A DNA stretch of 52,269 nucleotides, taken from the IMG/VR virus record IMGVR_UViG_3300048076_000002, positions 1 through 52,269 of that record. One strand, written 5' to 3'. How positions within the stretch are numbered: the first letter of the stretch is position 1; the number at the start of each line of letters is the position of its first letter. This document shows, piece by piece, positions 26,766 to 35,991 of this stretch. A model generated the notes under the pieces. The model was not told the origin of the DNA. It worked only from the letters and a program-made list of their open reading frames with translations, and made no database searches. Origin of the DNA: a virus. The translations under genes were made by a program, and so were the position numbers.

Positions 26766-28713
26766 CCTTCAGACCCCTTATCTCAGTAATCGTTTCCATT
26801 TCCGGATACATCCAGGCACCAATTGCCATCATTACAGCTACGATGCCATCGATCTTATGTGCCGATTTTCCTTTATCAGGCCGCTGCTTACCGTCACGAC
26901 TCAAACTAATTACGACATTGTTGGCCATCCACTCAAATACAGGACCGCCGCCGTGAAACAGCATGTGGTCTAACGCCAGTGATTCAATCTTTTTACACGG
27001 CTCATTCATCCCCGCGAAACTCTGAGGATACACCCGGCAAGGATAACCGTACTCTTTCAGAGTTTTATAAACATGATGAGCATTCCAATTATCAAATACG
27101 ACCTCACGACAATTTCTGAAGTAAGTAAGCAGGCCAGGATACTCTGACGTGCCGACTATTGCGTCCAGTACAGCACTCTCATCAACACTGTCTTTCTCGG
27201 TTGCATTGATCAGCCCGGCCTGATACCACATGTCGTACGGCAGTCCCTGCTCATGTGACCTTTCATATATCGATTTAGCAGGACACCACCCAAGATGCAG
27301 TATAACACACTGTCGCGGAAACCACAAGCCAATTGAAGCAATGTCATTGACAGATGCATTGTCGTACGCCAGGTAGCATTCTTCGTCTTTCAATGTCTGA
27401 CAAGTGTGGATGAACCACGTCCAATACCGTCCCCATTTCTGAATGTAAAGATCAACGGCTTTGGATATCTCGAACTTAGGGTCTGAGACGATTGTGAACC
27501 AATTAGGATGCTCAGCCATCCATTCTTTAATCTGCGGCACTGTCAGCAGTGTGAGTGACTCGTCAGCGTTGCCGTGTCTCCAGACGTGTGGCGGTATCCA
27601 GGACGTTTCTGTACGGGTCTTGATGTTGAAGTGAAGTCGCAGCAGTCGGTTTAACTCAACCGGATTATTAGTTGCGTTGCGGACCAGGTTTTCAAAGTAG
27701 TCTTCATTGACGGATACTCCGAAGCATGGATTAGTCCGCTTCCACACTTCAGGATCGGTGTAATCGTCTTCCAGAGTTGCTTCGTATATCACCGGCAAGT
27801 AAGTTGGCTCAAGCTGTTTACCTGTGGCAATCGATTCTGCTTTGTCTCTCATATTGTTGCACGGCGACAGTCGGTCGTAATCTGCCGTCGTCGTGTACAC
27901 TGTCAGCGGTTGTGCTCGTGCTCCTGTGCCCGTCAGTAACACGTCAAGTAATTCGCTGTTTGGGTGAGCGTGTACTTCGTCGGCGTAAATGAATGACGGC
28001 GATAGACCGTGCTTTGTGTCAGCGATGCTCGATAGCACTTTGAATACTGCACCGTCAATATGCTCGAATGATCTCGTTGACCGATGCACACGACACTGAC
28101 GAAGTTTATTAAGAAGCCGTGGATTTGTCTCCAGCATGTAAATGGTATGACGGAAGTTCAGGGATGCTTGTTCAATGTCAGCAGCAGCGGCATACAACTG
28201 ACCGCGTTTTTCTGTATCGCAGTAGAACATGTACAAAGTCAGGATCGACCCGAACGCTACAGTCTTGCCGTTTTTTCGCGGGACGTAAATGAAGCATTCA
28301 CGATACCGGCGACGGTTATTAGTCTCTCTCTTCCAACAGAACAGATTCGCGTAAACAGCACACTGCCAAAGCTCAGGAACGAATGGCTTGCCCGTCAAAA
28401 CACCTTCAGGAAAGCAGCACTCATTGAGAACAAACGAAATGAATCGACTCCATTCTGCCGTATCGAAGTAGTAACCTTCTGCCGTCAGGAATGGATCATA
28501 GATCGGGTTGTACCGCAGCAAATCAACAATTGAGACAGCTTCAAACTGGTAGCCGACCATTGAGCCACGGTCGTAAATTGGTCGTGGCACTTCCAAAGTC
28601 TTCGGACCTCTGATGTAGTCCGATTCCTTTATGAGTGTCTTACCAAGTTGTGGTTGTGGCTTTTCCGGTGTCCATAGCATAGGAGTACACGGCAGCTTGA
28701 CGTTCGCAGTCAA
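26743..28713 (-). CDS. terL: terminase large subunit
   Basis: Walker A-like VPRKNGKT, Walker B IYADEVHAH and a C-terminal nuclease-like half. The start may be TTG 28713 or ATG 28680. Confidence 0.9.
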   Translation of the reverse strand: MTANVKLPCTPMLWTPEKPQPQLGKTLIKESDYIRGPKTLEVPRPIYDRGSMVGYQFEAVSIVDLLRYNPIYDPFLTAEGYYFDTAEWSRFISFVLNECCFPEGVLTGKPFVPELWQCAVYANLFCWKRETNNRRRYRECFIYVPRKNGKTVAFGSILTLYMFYCDTEKRGQLYAAAADIEQASLNFRHTIYMLETNPRLLNKLRQCRVHRSTRSFEHIDGAVFKVLSSIADTKHGLSPSFIYADEVHAHPNSELLDVLLTGTGARAQPLTVYTTTADYDRLSPCNNMRDKAESIATGKQLEPTYLPVIYEATLEDDYTDPEVWKRTNPCFGVSVNEDYFENLVRNATNNPVELNRLLRLHFNIKTRTETSWIPPHVWRHGNADESLTLLTVPQIKEWMAEHPNWFTIVSDPKFEISKAVDLYIQKWGRYWTWFIHTCQTLKDEECYLAYDNASVNDIASIGLWFPRQCVILHLGWCPAKSIYERSHEQGLPYDMWYQAGLINATEKDSVDESAVLDAIVGTSEYPGLLTYFRNCREVVFDNWNAHHVYKTLKEYGYPCRVYPQSFAGMNEPCKKIESLALDHMLFHGGGPVFEWMANNVVISLSRDGKQRPDKGKSAHKIDGIVAVMMAIGAWMYPEMETITEIRGLKDVRPDHG

Positions 28714-28748
28714 GCCGAATTGGAGAGTTTAGGTGACAGATCCGGACG

Positions 28749-28777
28749 ACAGTAATGAATGTACGCCGCTCTGTCAA
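28749..28777 (-). promoter_or_regulatory. sigma70-like promoter upstream of terL
   Basis: In minus sense: TTGACAGAG with TTGACA at 28777..28772, a 17-nt spacer, then TACTGT (28754..28749). The -10 hexamer lies inside an ATTACTGTCG motif copy. Confidence 0.45.
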
Positions 28778-28819
28778 TACAGCGTATAGAAATTATTAAA
28801 ATCTCAATCCGAATGCTGA

Positions 28820-29623
28820 TTAGAACACAAATGAAATCTCTTCGGAATGGAAGCTCTTTACACTCGTTCCCGGTCCACTCCAGGACAATGTCAGGATGCC
28901 GCAGTACCGATATTGGGCGAGTCCCTTTGAAGTTTCTGAGGCAGAAATCTGTATGCGAGCGTACGGTGTGCCTGCTGGCGTTGCCGATCCGGCTGGATTG
29001 ACGATCGTTGCTGTGCCGGATATGACGCGAGCAGGATCTGTCTCGTTAATACGCCGTATCACAAACGTTGCTGCCGCGTCATCTATGTCGCGAGTCCCAA
29101 CTACCTCTAACGGATTACCGGCAGTGTCAACCAGCGGCACTTCAATATCCTGACCGTCAGATTGCTGGTAGGAGTCGCCAATCACAAGCTGTGATGGGAA
29201 CCCAACCAAGCTGCCAGGAGTCAGCACAGCACCAGCAAACAGACTGGTAATGCTTCCCGCCGAACCAATCTTGTCCGTCTTAGGAGCGATCCGATCCTCA
29301 AGTATATCCAGTACCGCTTGCGACGTAGCTTGCTCTGCATCGCCGTAACCGGGGTACAAATCAAGCACTAACGTTCCACCAACAGCCAGCCAGCCGGTAC
29401 GCCTGATATTGGTTCTGCTTTCTGCTGCTCCTACATAGGCAGCCACGGATGAAATCTCTGCAACGGCTTCAGCGACAGTAGCCTTAAACATTCCTGTCGT
29501 ACCGTCTTCAACCAATGCGTCACCGCCAGCGTTGAGCAATGTAGCGTCGGATACAGCACGGATAAAAACAAACAAACCTGTGATTCCGGACAGTTCCGGC
29601 ATGTGCCAACGAATAATAGCCAT
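28820..29623 (-). CDS. hypothetical virion-associated protein
   Basis: Start moved to ATG 29623 (MAIIRW...), preceded by GGAAG. It follows the collagen-like fibre gene. Confidence 0.5.
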   Translation of the reverse strand: MAIIRWHMPELSGITGLFVFIRAVSDATLLNAGGDALVEDGTTGMFKATVAEAVAEISSVAAYVGAAESRTNIRRTGWLAVGGTLVLDLYPGYGDAEQATSQAVLDILEDRIAPKTDKIGSAGSITSLFAGAVLTPGSLVGFPSQLVIGDSYQQSDGQDIEVPLVDTAGNPLEVVGTRDIDDAAATFVIRRINETDPARVISGTATIVNPAGSATPAGTPYARIQISASETSKGLAQYRYCGILTLSWSGPGTSVKSFHSEEISFVF

Positions 29624-29637
29624 CGTGTCTTCCTGGG

Positions 29638-30588
29638 TTACGGTCTGAACCAAAGATGCGGTAGAAGGTCTGACCCGCTGCCTGCTGTTAAAGAACCCGC
29701 AGACGGCGGAAGTGTAGTGCCAGATCCTGACTCATACCAGTGATGAATAGGCACCCCGTTTGTTGCCGTCCATCCCAAGTATTTATCCATGATTAGACGA
29801 CCAGTACCCGACGTGGAATGAGTCTGCATCGTCGCATTTGTGCTGGAGATAAACGCAAGGAAGTAAGCACCTGCGGCCACTGCCTGACTGACAGCCATTT
29901 CATAGTCAGTCCCAACACCTGTGGTTGTACCGAAGTCGTATAGCAGAGAACTTGGCTGTCCGCCGACGTTTGAATAAAGACCATACCGCACTGTTCCGCC
30001 GCCGGTAACCATTATCGAACCAACTTTAGCAAACGTCACATCTGACCAAATGACGCACGGCAAATAGTAAACGCGATTTGCTACCAGAGCACCGGAAGAA
30101 AGCACTCCACCGTTATAGCACGGGTAGTAGGCGTTGGCCCGATACCCAAAAGATGGAGCGTTAGTACCATTAGTGCCGTTGGTGCCATTATCGCCAGCGG
30201 GGCCTATTAACGAAACGCCTGCACCCCACTCGCCTGCTGTTTTAGGCCCGTACAAAACACTAGTTGTTGTCCGGATATAGAAATCGCCGTTAACGCCTTC
30301 TGTTGTGGGGACTGCTATACCGCTGAGAACAGAAAACCCATTAGTGCCGTCAATACCGTCAGTACCGTCAGTACCGTCAGTACCGTCAGTACCATTAGTG
30401 CCAGCAGTTCCGCCGATTGTAAGACTGTCTGTATCAGCGTCCCATGCTAATGTTATTCCACCGTCAGCGATGATCTCAATGTTCTGACCAGCACCATCAG
30501 TGCTTTCTGCATTACCAACCAATCGATGACTCTCGACGCCAAGTAATAGTCCGACGTTAGGTGTTATCATTGAACCACCCATGTTCAT
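29638..30588 (-). CDS. collagen-like repeat fibre protein
   Basis: G-X-Y runs GTAGTNGTDGTDGTDGTDGIDGTNG and GPAGDNGTNGTNGTN, followed by a ~180-aa globular C-terminus. Confidence 0.65.
   Translation of the reverse strand: MNMGGSMITPNVGLLLGVESHRLVGNAESTDGAGQNIEIIADGGITLAWDADTDSLTIGGTAGTNGTDGTDGTDGTDGIDGTNGFSVLSGIAVPTTEGVNGDFYIRTTTSVLYGPKTAGEWGAGVSLIGPAGDNGTNGTNGTNAPSFGYRANAYYPCYNGGVLSSGALVANRVYYLPCVIWSDVTFAKVGSIMVTGGGTVRYGLYSNVGGQPSSLLYDFGTTTGVGTDYEMAVSQAVAAGAYFLAFISSTNATMQTHSTSGTGRLIMDKYLGWTATNGVPIHHWYESGSGTTLPPSAGSLTAGSGSDLLPHLWFRP
30354..30389. repeat. 4 x 9-bp perfect tandem repeat TACCGTCAG inside the collagen-like gene
   Basis: Encodes the (GTD)n triplets. Diverged units flank it at 30345..30353 and 30390..30398. 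Confidence 0.9.
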
Positions 30589-30722
30589 TGTCCTTTTCAG
30601 TTTGACGACGGAGTGTACCAGTCAACAACGATGGCACAACAAATTTCTGAGGTAGAAAAGTATGGCGGATTTTGGGTGTTTTGATTACAGCGATTACGCC
30701 GTAAAGACAGCTTGCAGCGTGG

Positions 30723-30962
30723 TTACTTACGACGCTTCTGTTTAACTATTTTCACCGCTTCCTTGAGCGACGCTACCGCTGACTCAATCAGCGGGGATAT
30801 CTGCTGCTCTGGATTTTGTTCAGCAAGGCACGCATCCAATGCTTCCATTGCTGCTTCAAGTCCTGAAAACTCAATTGCCTGCTGTACAAACGCGAGTTTT
30901 TCCGCGACAGCTTCAATCTCGGCTTGACACGGTACAGGTGCTGGTGGCGGGGGTGACGGCAT
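30723..30962 (-). CDS. hypothetical protein (79 aa, Pro-rich N-terminus, helical)
   Basis: Its ATG directly abuts the upstream stop codon. Confidence 0.5.
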   Translation of the reverse strand: MPSPPPPAPVPCQAEIEAVAEKLAFVQQAIEFSGLEAAMEALDACLAEQNPEQQISPLIESAVASLKEAVKIVKQKRRK

Positions 30963-31367
30963 TTAGTATGACCTTTCAAATTTAATTGTTGGGGTACGAT
31001 GCAAAGTAACTTCAATGTTTCCTTGCTTAACAGTCAGTCCCGGTACGGTTTTACCGGGATAAGGTGCTTTCGGTGTGCTGTCGGAAATTGACACAGCACT
31101 TAGAGGTACTCCGTGCTCTTTTGCCAGAGTCAGTTTTGCTTCATGCAGATCGGCAAACATGGCCAGCATCGACGACGCTACGGCTGATCCGACGAATAAC
31201 ATCATAGCCGTTACGCTCGTTCTGCTGGCGACAACACTGCTCGTTGTGCCGTGATTCGCTTGTATGTGGCCAATAGCCAAGTAAATGTAAGTAATTGCTA
31301 TCAGCCCTGCAACAATCGCTCCTAACCAGCAGACTGTTATTTCACCCACAAGCATTTTAGTGTCCAT
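30963..31367 (-). CDS. membrane protein (holin candidate)
   Basis: Start moved to ATG 31367 (MDTKMLVGEITVCWLGAIVAGLIAITYIYLAI...). Two hydrophobic segments. TAATG overlap with the upstream gene. Confidence 0.5.
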   Translation of the reverse strand: MDTKMLVGEITVCWLGAIVAGLIAITYIYLAIGHIQANHGTTSSVVASRTSVTAMMLFVGSAVASSMLAMFADLHEAKLTLAKEHGVPLSAVSISDSTPKAPYPGKTVPGLTVKQGNIEVTLHRTPTIKFERSY

Positions 31368-31717
31368 TAGCGTGATACTCCTAACCAGATGAAAACAGAA
31401 CTCAGCACTATCCCGGCAATAGCCCACACTTTAGCACCGGCTATCCCTAAGTCAACTCCATTGAGTAGAGACTTTAGGGCGAAAAATGTAACAGCAAGTG
31501 ACAGCAGGATACCAATTATCAGCAGTGCTGCCATCAGCATCACACCGTATCGCCCTCGAAAGTCAGCTTGAAACTGCATATTCTTTGGGTTGAATTTCAG
31601 CGACTGTGTATCTTTTACGTCTTGCTTACCCTGTACTTCGTCGCTGTCGGCATCTGTATTTGAGTCTTTTGATTCGACTTTCTGAGAAGTCTGTTTTTCC
31701 TGCTTCCGCAATGCCAT
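31367..31717 (-). CDS. membrane protein (holin candidate)
   Basis: Start moved to ATG 31717 (MALRKQEK...). Charged N-terminus followed by two TM segments (VMLMAALLIIGILLSLAVTFFAL and VWAIAGIVLSSVFIWLGV). Confidence 0.5.
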   Translation of the reverse strand: MALRKQEKQTSQKVESKDSNTDADSDEVQGKQDVKDTQSLKFNPKNMQFQADFRGRYGVMLMAALLIIGILLSLAVTFFALKSLLNGVDLGIAGAKVWAIAGIVLSSVFIWLGVSR

Positions 31718-32283
31718 GTTACCAATCCTATCGCTTCTGTAAGTCAAGACCAGGCATAAAAAGAGGCTTCGGCCCCCGGCATAAAAAGGACTTGACTTTA
31801 ACAGTTTCCCAAGCTGCTACTTACTACTTAGTGACATGCCTGTGAGAGTCAGTGCAAGTAATCAGATTCTGATGACGTGCAAGAGAGAGAGATCATTGTA
31901 CGGCAATCGTATTACGTCACATAACTCTATTATTCATAACTCGTCGCATTATGCCCTCTCTATCTCCCACTGTAAAGATGTGAGAGTAATTAACTCTCGG
32001 GGAGATAAGAAAACACAAGCAAGTGATAACTCGCCGGTGTGAAATGCTGAACCACTTTGTTTCAACTAGCACGGTTCACAGGTCCACACTCCTGCCTCTC
32101 ACTAGCGGGGGACTTGATTCAGTCAGGGCACCCCGTAGCCGATGAGATACGTCTCGGCAAACAACTGTACATCCGTTAATTGTAAGCTATCCGCACGGAT
32201 CTTGCAATAGTGGAAAACATTGGAGTTTCATTTTGATTACTGAACAGCCATTCAGTAGTCTCAATAATTTCTAAAATTCCTGA

Positions 32284-32312
32284 TTGACAGAGATTCGCAA
32301 CGTTGATACAGT
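32284..32312 (+). promoter_or_regulatory. sigma70-like promoter for the plus-strand early block
   Basis: TTGACA (32284..32289), a 17-nt spacer, then TACAGT (32307..32312). It lies ~50 nt upstream of ATG 32360. Confidence 0.5.
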
Positions 32313-32359
32313 TACAGGTCGGGTTCAGGTAACATATCCATCAGTCAGGAGAATTGGAA

Positions 32360-32569
32360 ATGATCACATTGAAAGTTACGGACACTCAAGCTGCTGTACT
32401 GCTCAGGTGCTTGACGCACGGTGAGAACGCTGTTAGTTCAAACGAAACAAAGAATGGTGTGGCTCATATATTAGAGTGCGAAATTGGACGCATGAGAAAG
32501 CAGATTACGAATCAACTCAGTGAGACACTTATTAAATGTGCGGCTGACGAGTATGTAGACAGCAATTAA
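32360..32569 (+). CDS. hypothetical early protein (69 aa)
   Basis: ATG 32360 is preceded by TCAGGAG. First gene after the sigma70-like promoter at 32284. Confidence 0.6.
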   Translation: MITLKVTDTQAAVLLRCLTHGENAVSSNETKNGVAHILECEIGRMRKQITNQLSETLIKCAADEYVDSN

Positions 32570-32619
32570 TTAGATCTCTTAGCGGGTAATAGCCGCGTAA
32601 CACTTCTGAGGAATGAAAT

Positions 32620-32967
32620 ATGGCAGATCAATTGATCGGTGGTAATGGCAGGCGGTCAGGTAGGACTACTGTGATGCTTCAGGAAGTCGTCAGAGCGATT
32701 ATGGATGGGCAACCAAAGTTGGTTGTTGTTGCTCACAGTCAGGCGTACGCCAATGTTTTGATGGACGAGTTACATCAGATGCTGCTGAATCGTGGAATTG
32801 ATAATGCCACTAAGGTGGTAGTAGTGAATCACAGTGCGTCAGTGATGTCTTTGTACGGCGGTGAGCAGATAGTTAGATTCATGTCCGCTCGATTCTTCTG
32901 GCACTGGATACGTGGTCGTCGTGGTTGGGGTGAGTTTTGGGATCATTACGCAGAGGGAGAAGAATAG
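32620..32967 (+). CDS. hypothetical protein with degenerate P-loop-like GRRSGRTT
   Basis: 115 aa with GAGG upstream. Confidence 0.55.
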   Translation: MADQLIGGNGRRSGRTTVMLQEVVRAIMDGQPKLVVVAHSQAYANVLMDELHQMLLNRGIDNATKVVVVNHSASVMSLYGGEQIVRFMSARFFWHWIRGRRGWGEFWDHYAEGEE

Positions 32968-33176
32968 TGACTGAGAGATACGTAACAATCGTCTGCCCTG
33001 AGTGTGCCGGTAAGAAATGGCTGCCTTTGTTCAATCCGTTCACAGGTCAATACGATTCATTCCAATGTACGTGTTGCTGCGGTAGTGGTGTGATCACTGG
33101 CATCCATGTTCCGGATGTTGTTATTCCGGAACTGACAATGGTTCCTTCATCTGAACTCAATCAAGAGAAAGTGTAA
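32967..33176 (+). CDS. zinc-finger protein (DnaJ-type CxxCxGxG-like)
   Basis: GTG 32967 overlaps the previous TAG and has GAGGGAG upstream. Contains CPECAGKK...CTCCCGSGV. Confidence 0.5.
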   Translation: MTERYVTIVCPECAGKKWLPLFNPFTGQYDSFQCTCCCGSGVITGIHVPDVVIPELTMVPSSELNQEKV

Positions 33177-33439
33177 TGGTTAGTGTCATTCGTAAACCTC
33201 GTGTGAAAGCTAAGCCTGCGGCTGAGAGAGAGTCTACAGAGCACCGCTGTAATTCTAAGAGTGTGCTGTTGAGTATTAGTTGCAGTCAGGCGTTTGCAGA
33301 GCTTCTCGAACAGAAGTTAGCAGAAGCTCAGGTCGAAAACCCGAAGAAAAGCAGATCAGCAGTTGTTGTTGATGCCTGCTCAATTGCATGGAATGATGTG
33401 AGTATTCGGAGTCATAAACCCGGTAGACCAGTCAACTAA
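33176..33439 (+). CDS. hypothetical protein (possible ribbon-helix-helix regulator)
   Basis: 87 aa with a basic N-terminus. ATG overlaps the previous stop (TAATG). The RHH guess is weak. Confidence 0.45.
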   Translation: MVSVIRKPRVKAKPAAERESTEHRCNSKSVLLSISCSQAFAELLEQKLAEAQVENPKKSRSAVVVDACSIAWNDVSIRSHKPGRPVN

Positions 33440-33459
33440 CAATTTCTGAGGAAGAAACA

Positions 33460-34113
33460 ATGGACTTATTTCGCGTAGAGCGTCTCTTGATGCATTTGGA
33501 TCAATTAGCACTTGATGTGCTTCAAGAGTTGCGGACAATCAAGGAGCACTTGAAAGGTGAGAGTCTTGATGGTCATCCGGCAACAGAGGTTCACATCGAT
33601 GAGTTAATACCTACCGGAGCACAGCCTATGGCTGCCGAGCAGATGGATACCACGTACCCTGGGTATGATGAGAAGCCGCAGATTGAACCTCATACTGTAC
33701 TGTACGTGAATGATAATCGCATTGGCATCGTTAAGGATGTACAATTCCGCAGACCTGTACAGGCAGTGCCGGGAATATGCGGCGTTTACGGTAGACAGTT
33801 TATGCCATCATCTGAGGCAGGGATATTTGTTACGCTCGATAAGAAGGCTAGCGTGACTGACTGCTTAGATTACTGCCCTATCTGTGGACAAGTGCCGACA
33901 CAGCCGTCGCCCGACAATGCTGATGTTGCATCTCCAAACGTACCTGATCGTTTGCCGCACAGAGTAGGATGGTATGAAGTAACGTACGCTAAGATGCAAA
34001 CTGTAAACATTACAGCAGCTTACTGGGATGGGAATATGTTAAAGTCGCATCGCGATGGATTAACTCCGTGGGAAGTGAGCGGTATTCGGTCGTACCGCTT
34101 TCTCGGCGACTGA
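33460..34113 (+). CDS. hypothetical protein (217 aa)
   Basis: The leader CAATTTCTGAGGAAGAAACA lies upstream. Its stop is 2 nt from the convergent TerS stop. Confidence 0.6.
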   Translation: MDLFRVERLLMHLDQLALDVLQELRTIKEHLKGESLDGHPATEVHIDELIPTGAQPMAAEQMDTTYPGYDEKPQIEPHTVLYVNDNRIGIVKDVQFRRPVQAVPGICGVYGRQFMPSSEAGIFVTLDKKASVTDCLDYCPICGQVPTQPSPDNADVASPNVPDRLPHRVGWYEVTYAKMQTVNITAAYWDGNMLKSHRDGLTPWEVSGIRSYRFLGD

Positions 34114-34115
34114 TC

Positions 34116-34700
34116 CTACGACCGAAAGTAAGTAATACCTCTCATACCTTCCGGTCGATCATCTTCGAACCGCTCACCAGCAACAGGGATTGATCCTTCA
34201 GGGGCAATAATGAATACAATGTCCCTGGGGGTCATTCCCAGTTTCTCCATCAGCTTCAACTGAATCGTCTGCTGTGTATTCAGGATCTTCAGCCAGGGAC
34301 TCGGACTGACACCAACCAGATACTTGTTGCCGTCCCTGTCAGTATCATAGATCATGATGAGTTCTCCATTACCATCATCACTCTCTCTTGCTGCTTTATC
34401 GATCTCCTGGCGGCACTTGTGCATCAAACAAGTTACCTCGACCAGTTCTGAGATGAGAATAGCATACGAGGGACTTAATACTCTACGCTTCTCAAAATCG
34501 GCCAGGATGAATGTCCAGAGTTGCATCATTTGCTTGTCTCTGGCTATCCGTTCAGGGATTGGAATCTGACTGATTGTACACGTACCGTCAGCAGTTTCAA
34601 TCTCTTTCTCCGGCCCAATGAGCTTGAAATACATCGGCTTACGCTGAATTTTGCGTCTTGGCTTCGTCAATTTGGGTTTGGTTGATTTAGGTGGTGCCAT
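34116..34700 (-). CDS. terS: terminase small subunit (P27-family-like)
   Basis: Start moved to ATG 34700 (MAPPKSTKPK...), preceded by CTCTCAGGAG. QLWTFILADFEKRRVLSPSYAILISELVEVTCLMHKCRQEI and LMEKLGMTPRD fit the P27 TerS pattern. Confidence 0.6.
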   Translation of the reverse strand: MAPPKSTKPKLTKPRRKIQRKPMYFKLIGPEKEIETADGTCTISQIPIPERIARDKQMMQLWTFILADFEKRRVLSPSYAILISELVEVTCLMHKCRQEIDKAARESDDGNGELIMIYDTDRDGNKYLVGVSPSPWLKILNTQQTIQLKLMEKLGMTPRDIVFIIAPEGSIPVAGERFEDDRPEGMRGITYFRS

Positions 34701-35024
34701 AGGTGATTCTCCTGAGAGTGTGGTAGGTATGGCATCATTTGACACAATCAGCAGGTGATTTGTCAAGCGTAAATGTCATAACCAGTAAAAATGCATATGT
34801 GAGGGTAAAAAATGCGTAACGTTCCGGCGTGGGTACGGAGCCGCTACTCATAATAGGATCACCCCCTATCCCCTTCGATCGACCTACGATCCATCGATGA
34901 CGGGGGAGCGTAGTGTTGATGGGGATGAGTGATTGGGAGAGTAGCCGAGTGATATGGCGAGTCGTTGTCAGGCAAGAGCGAGTAGCCTGGATCTCAGCCA
35001 ATCAGAGAAATGTTATGACAGTTA

Positions 35025-35052
35025 TTGACTCATCCTGTCGATCTGGTACGAT
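35025..35052 (+). promoter_or_regulatory. candidate promoter for the second plus-strand operon
   Basis: TTGACT, a 16-nt spacer, then TACGAT. It lies ~70 nt upstream of ATG 35122. Confidence 0.35.
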
Positions 35053-35121
35053 GCCTGAAAAAACTCTCAACTCGGGCATCCGGCCAATTCGGCCAATTCA
35101 ATAACTCTTTGGAGCACAGTA

Positions 35122-35331
35122 ATGTCGATCAAGCGAGAATCGTTGCCGGTCACGATGCAAGGCGAATTCGGCCTAGCTGCCTTCCCAGGCAGGGTATTCG
35201 TAGTGAATGAACAGGCATCATGGGACGACCAGATTGTCGTGGATGTAGTGAAGGATGGAAAACGTATGAATTTTGGCCGTGAGTCACTTTCAGCATTAGT
35301 GCATCTCATTCGGCCAATTGTCGCGAAGTAG
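35122..35331 (+). CDS. hypothetical protein (69 aa)
   Basis: GGAG lies 8 nt upstream. Confidence 0.55.
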   Translation: MSIKRESLPVTMQGEFGLAAFPGRVFVVNEQASWDDQIVVDVVKDGKRMNFGRESLSALVHLIRPIVAK

Positions 35332-35372
35332 CATTAACGTGTTCTTTCAATTCTCACTCAGGAGCTAATTCA

Positions 35373-35573
35373 ATGGTCAGTGTCAGCAAGGTAAAGAGTA
35401 TTGCCAGCGATTGTAAGAAGACTCATCGCTGGGCAAGTGTCCGCAGCGATGTGATTCCAGGGACGTACGTTACGTTCCGAATCGTCGGTATCGGTCGGAA
35501 GTATGCTCGGTTAATGAGTAACAGTGGCACAATCTGGAATCACCCTATCGGTGAGATCAATCGAGTATGGTAA
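35373..35573 (+). CDS. hypothetical protein (66 aa)
   Basis: Preceded by AATTCTCACTCAGGAG. Confidence 0.55.
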   Translation: MVSVSKVKSIASDCKKTHRWASVRSDVIPGTYVTFRIVGIGRKYARLMSNSGTIWNHPIGEINRVW

Positions 35574-35623
35574 TTGTTTGGCGTCTCAGTGTTTTCTTAA
35601 TTCTCACTCAGGAGTGTCTAGTT

Positions 35624-35929
35624 ATGTCAAAACGTGGTCAATTAGTTAAAGGGGTCGCTACATCGATCAGAGAGAATGCCGAACGGTATACAGTTGTTCG
35701 ATATCATCAAACGGATGTGGTGGTATTCAATCCGTTCGAAATCATTCTCGACTCTGGCGGATGGCGTACCGCCACAACAAAAAAAAGAATGAATCAGGCA
35801 GCACAGGAATTCCGTTTAGGGTTTTCAGTCTTCCAGCGTTCAGGCAAATGGATCGTTGAATTCAACGGTATTGAATCGGAATTCATGGACGGTATGCGTT
35901 TGATCCGCAAGGAACGTCCGGCAGTATAA
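35624..35929 (+). CDS. hypothetical protein (101 aa)
   Basis: Start moved to ATG 35624 (MSKRGQL...), preceded by an identical AATTCTCACTCAGGAG. Confidence 0.55.
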   Translation: MSKRGQLVKGVATSIRENAERYTVVRYHQTDVVVFNPFEIILDSGGWRTATTKKRMNQAAQEFRLGFSVFQRSGKWIVEFNGIESEFMDGMRLIRKERPAV

Positions 35930-35991
35930 TTTAATGAGAGACTCAGCTTTTAGTGTTTATCTTCTCAATTCTCAGTCAGGAGTTTAGTACC

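Noticed and set aside
34735-35001. 88-aa minus-strand ORF upstream of terS.
   Set aside because: The composition looks random and there is no leader or SD sequence. It overlaps the terS promoter/leader region and the divergent promoter at 35025. It is treated as non-coding.
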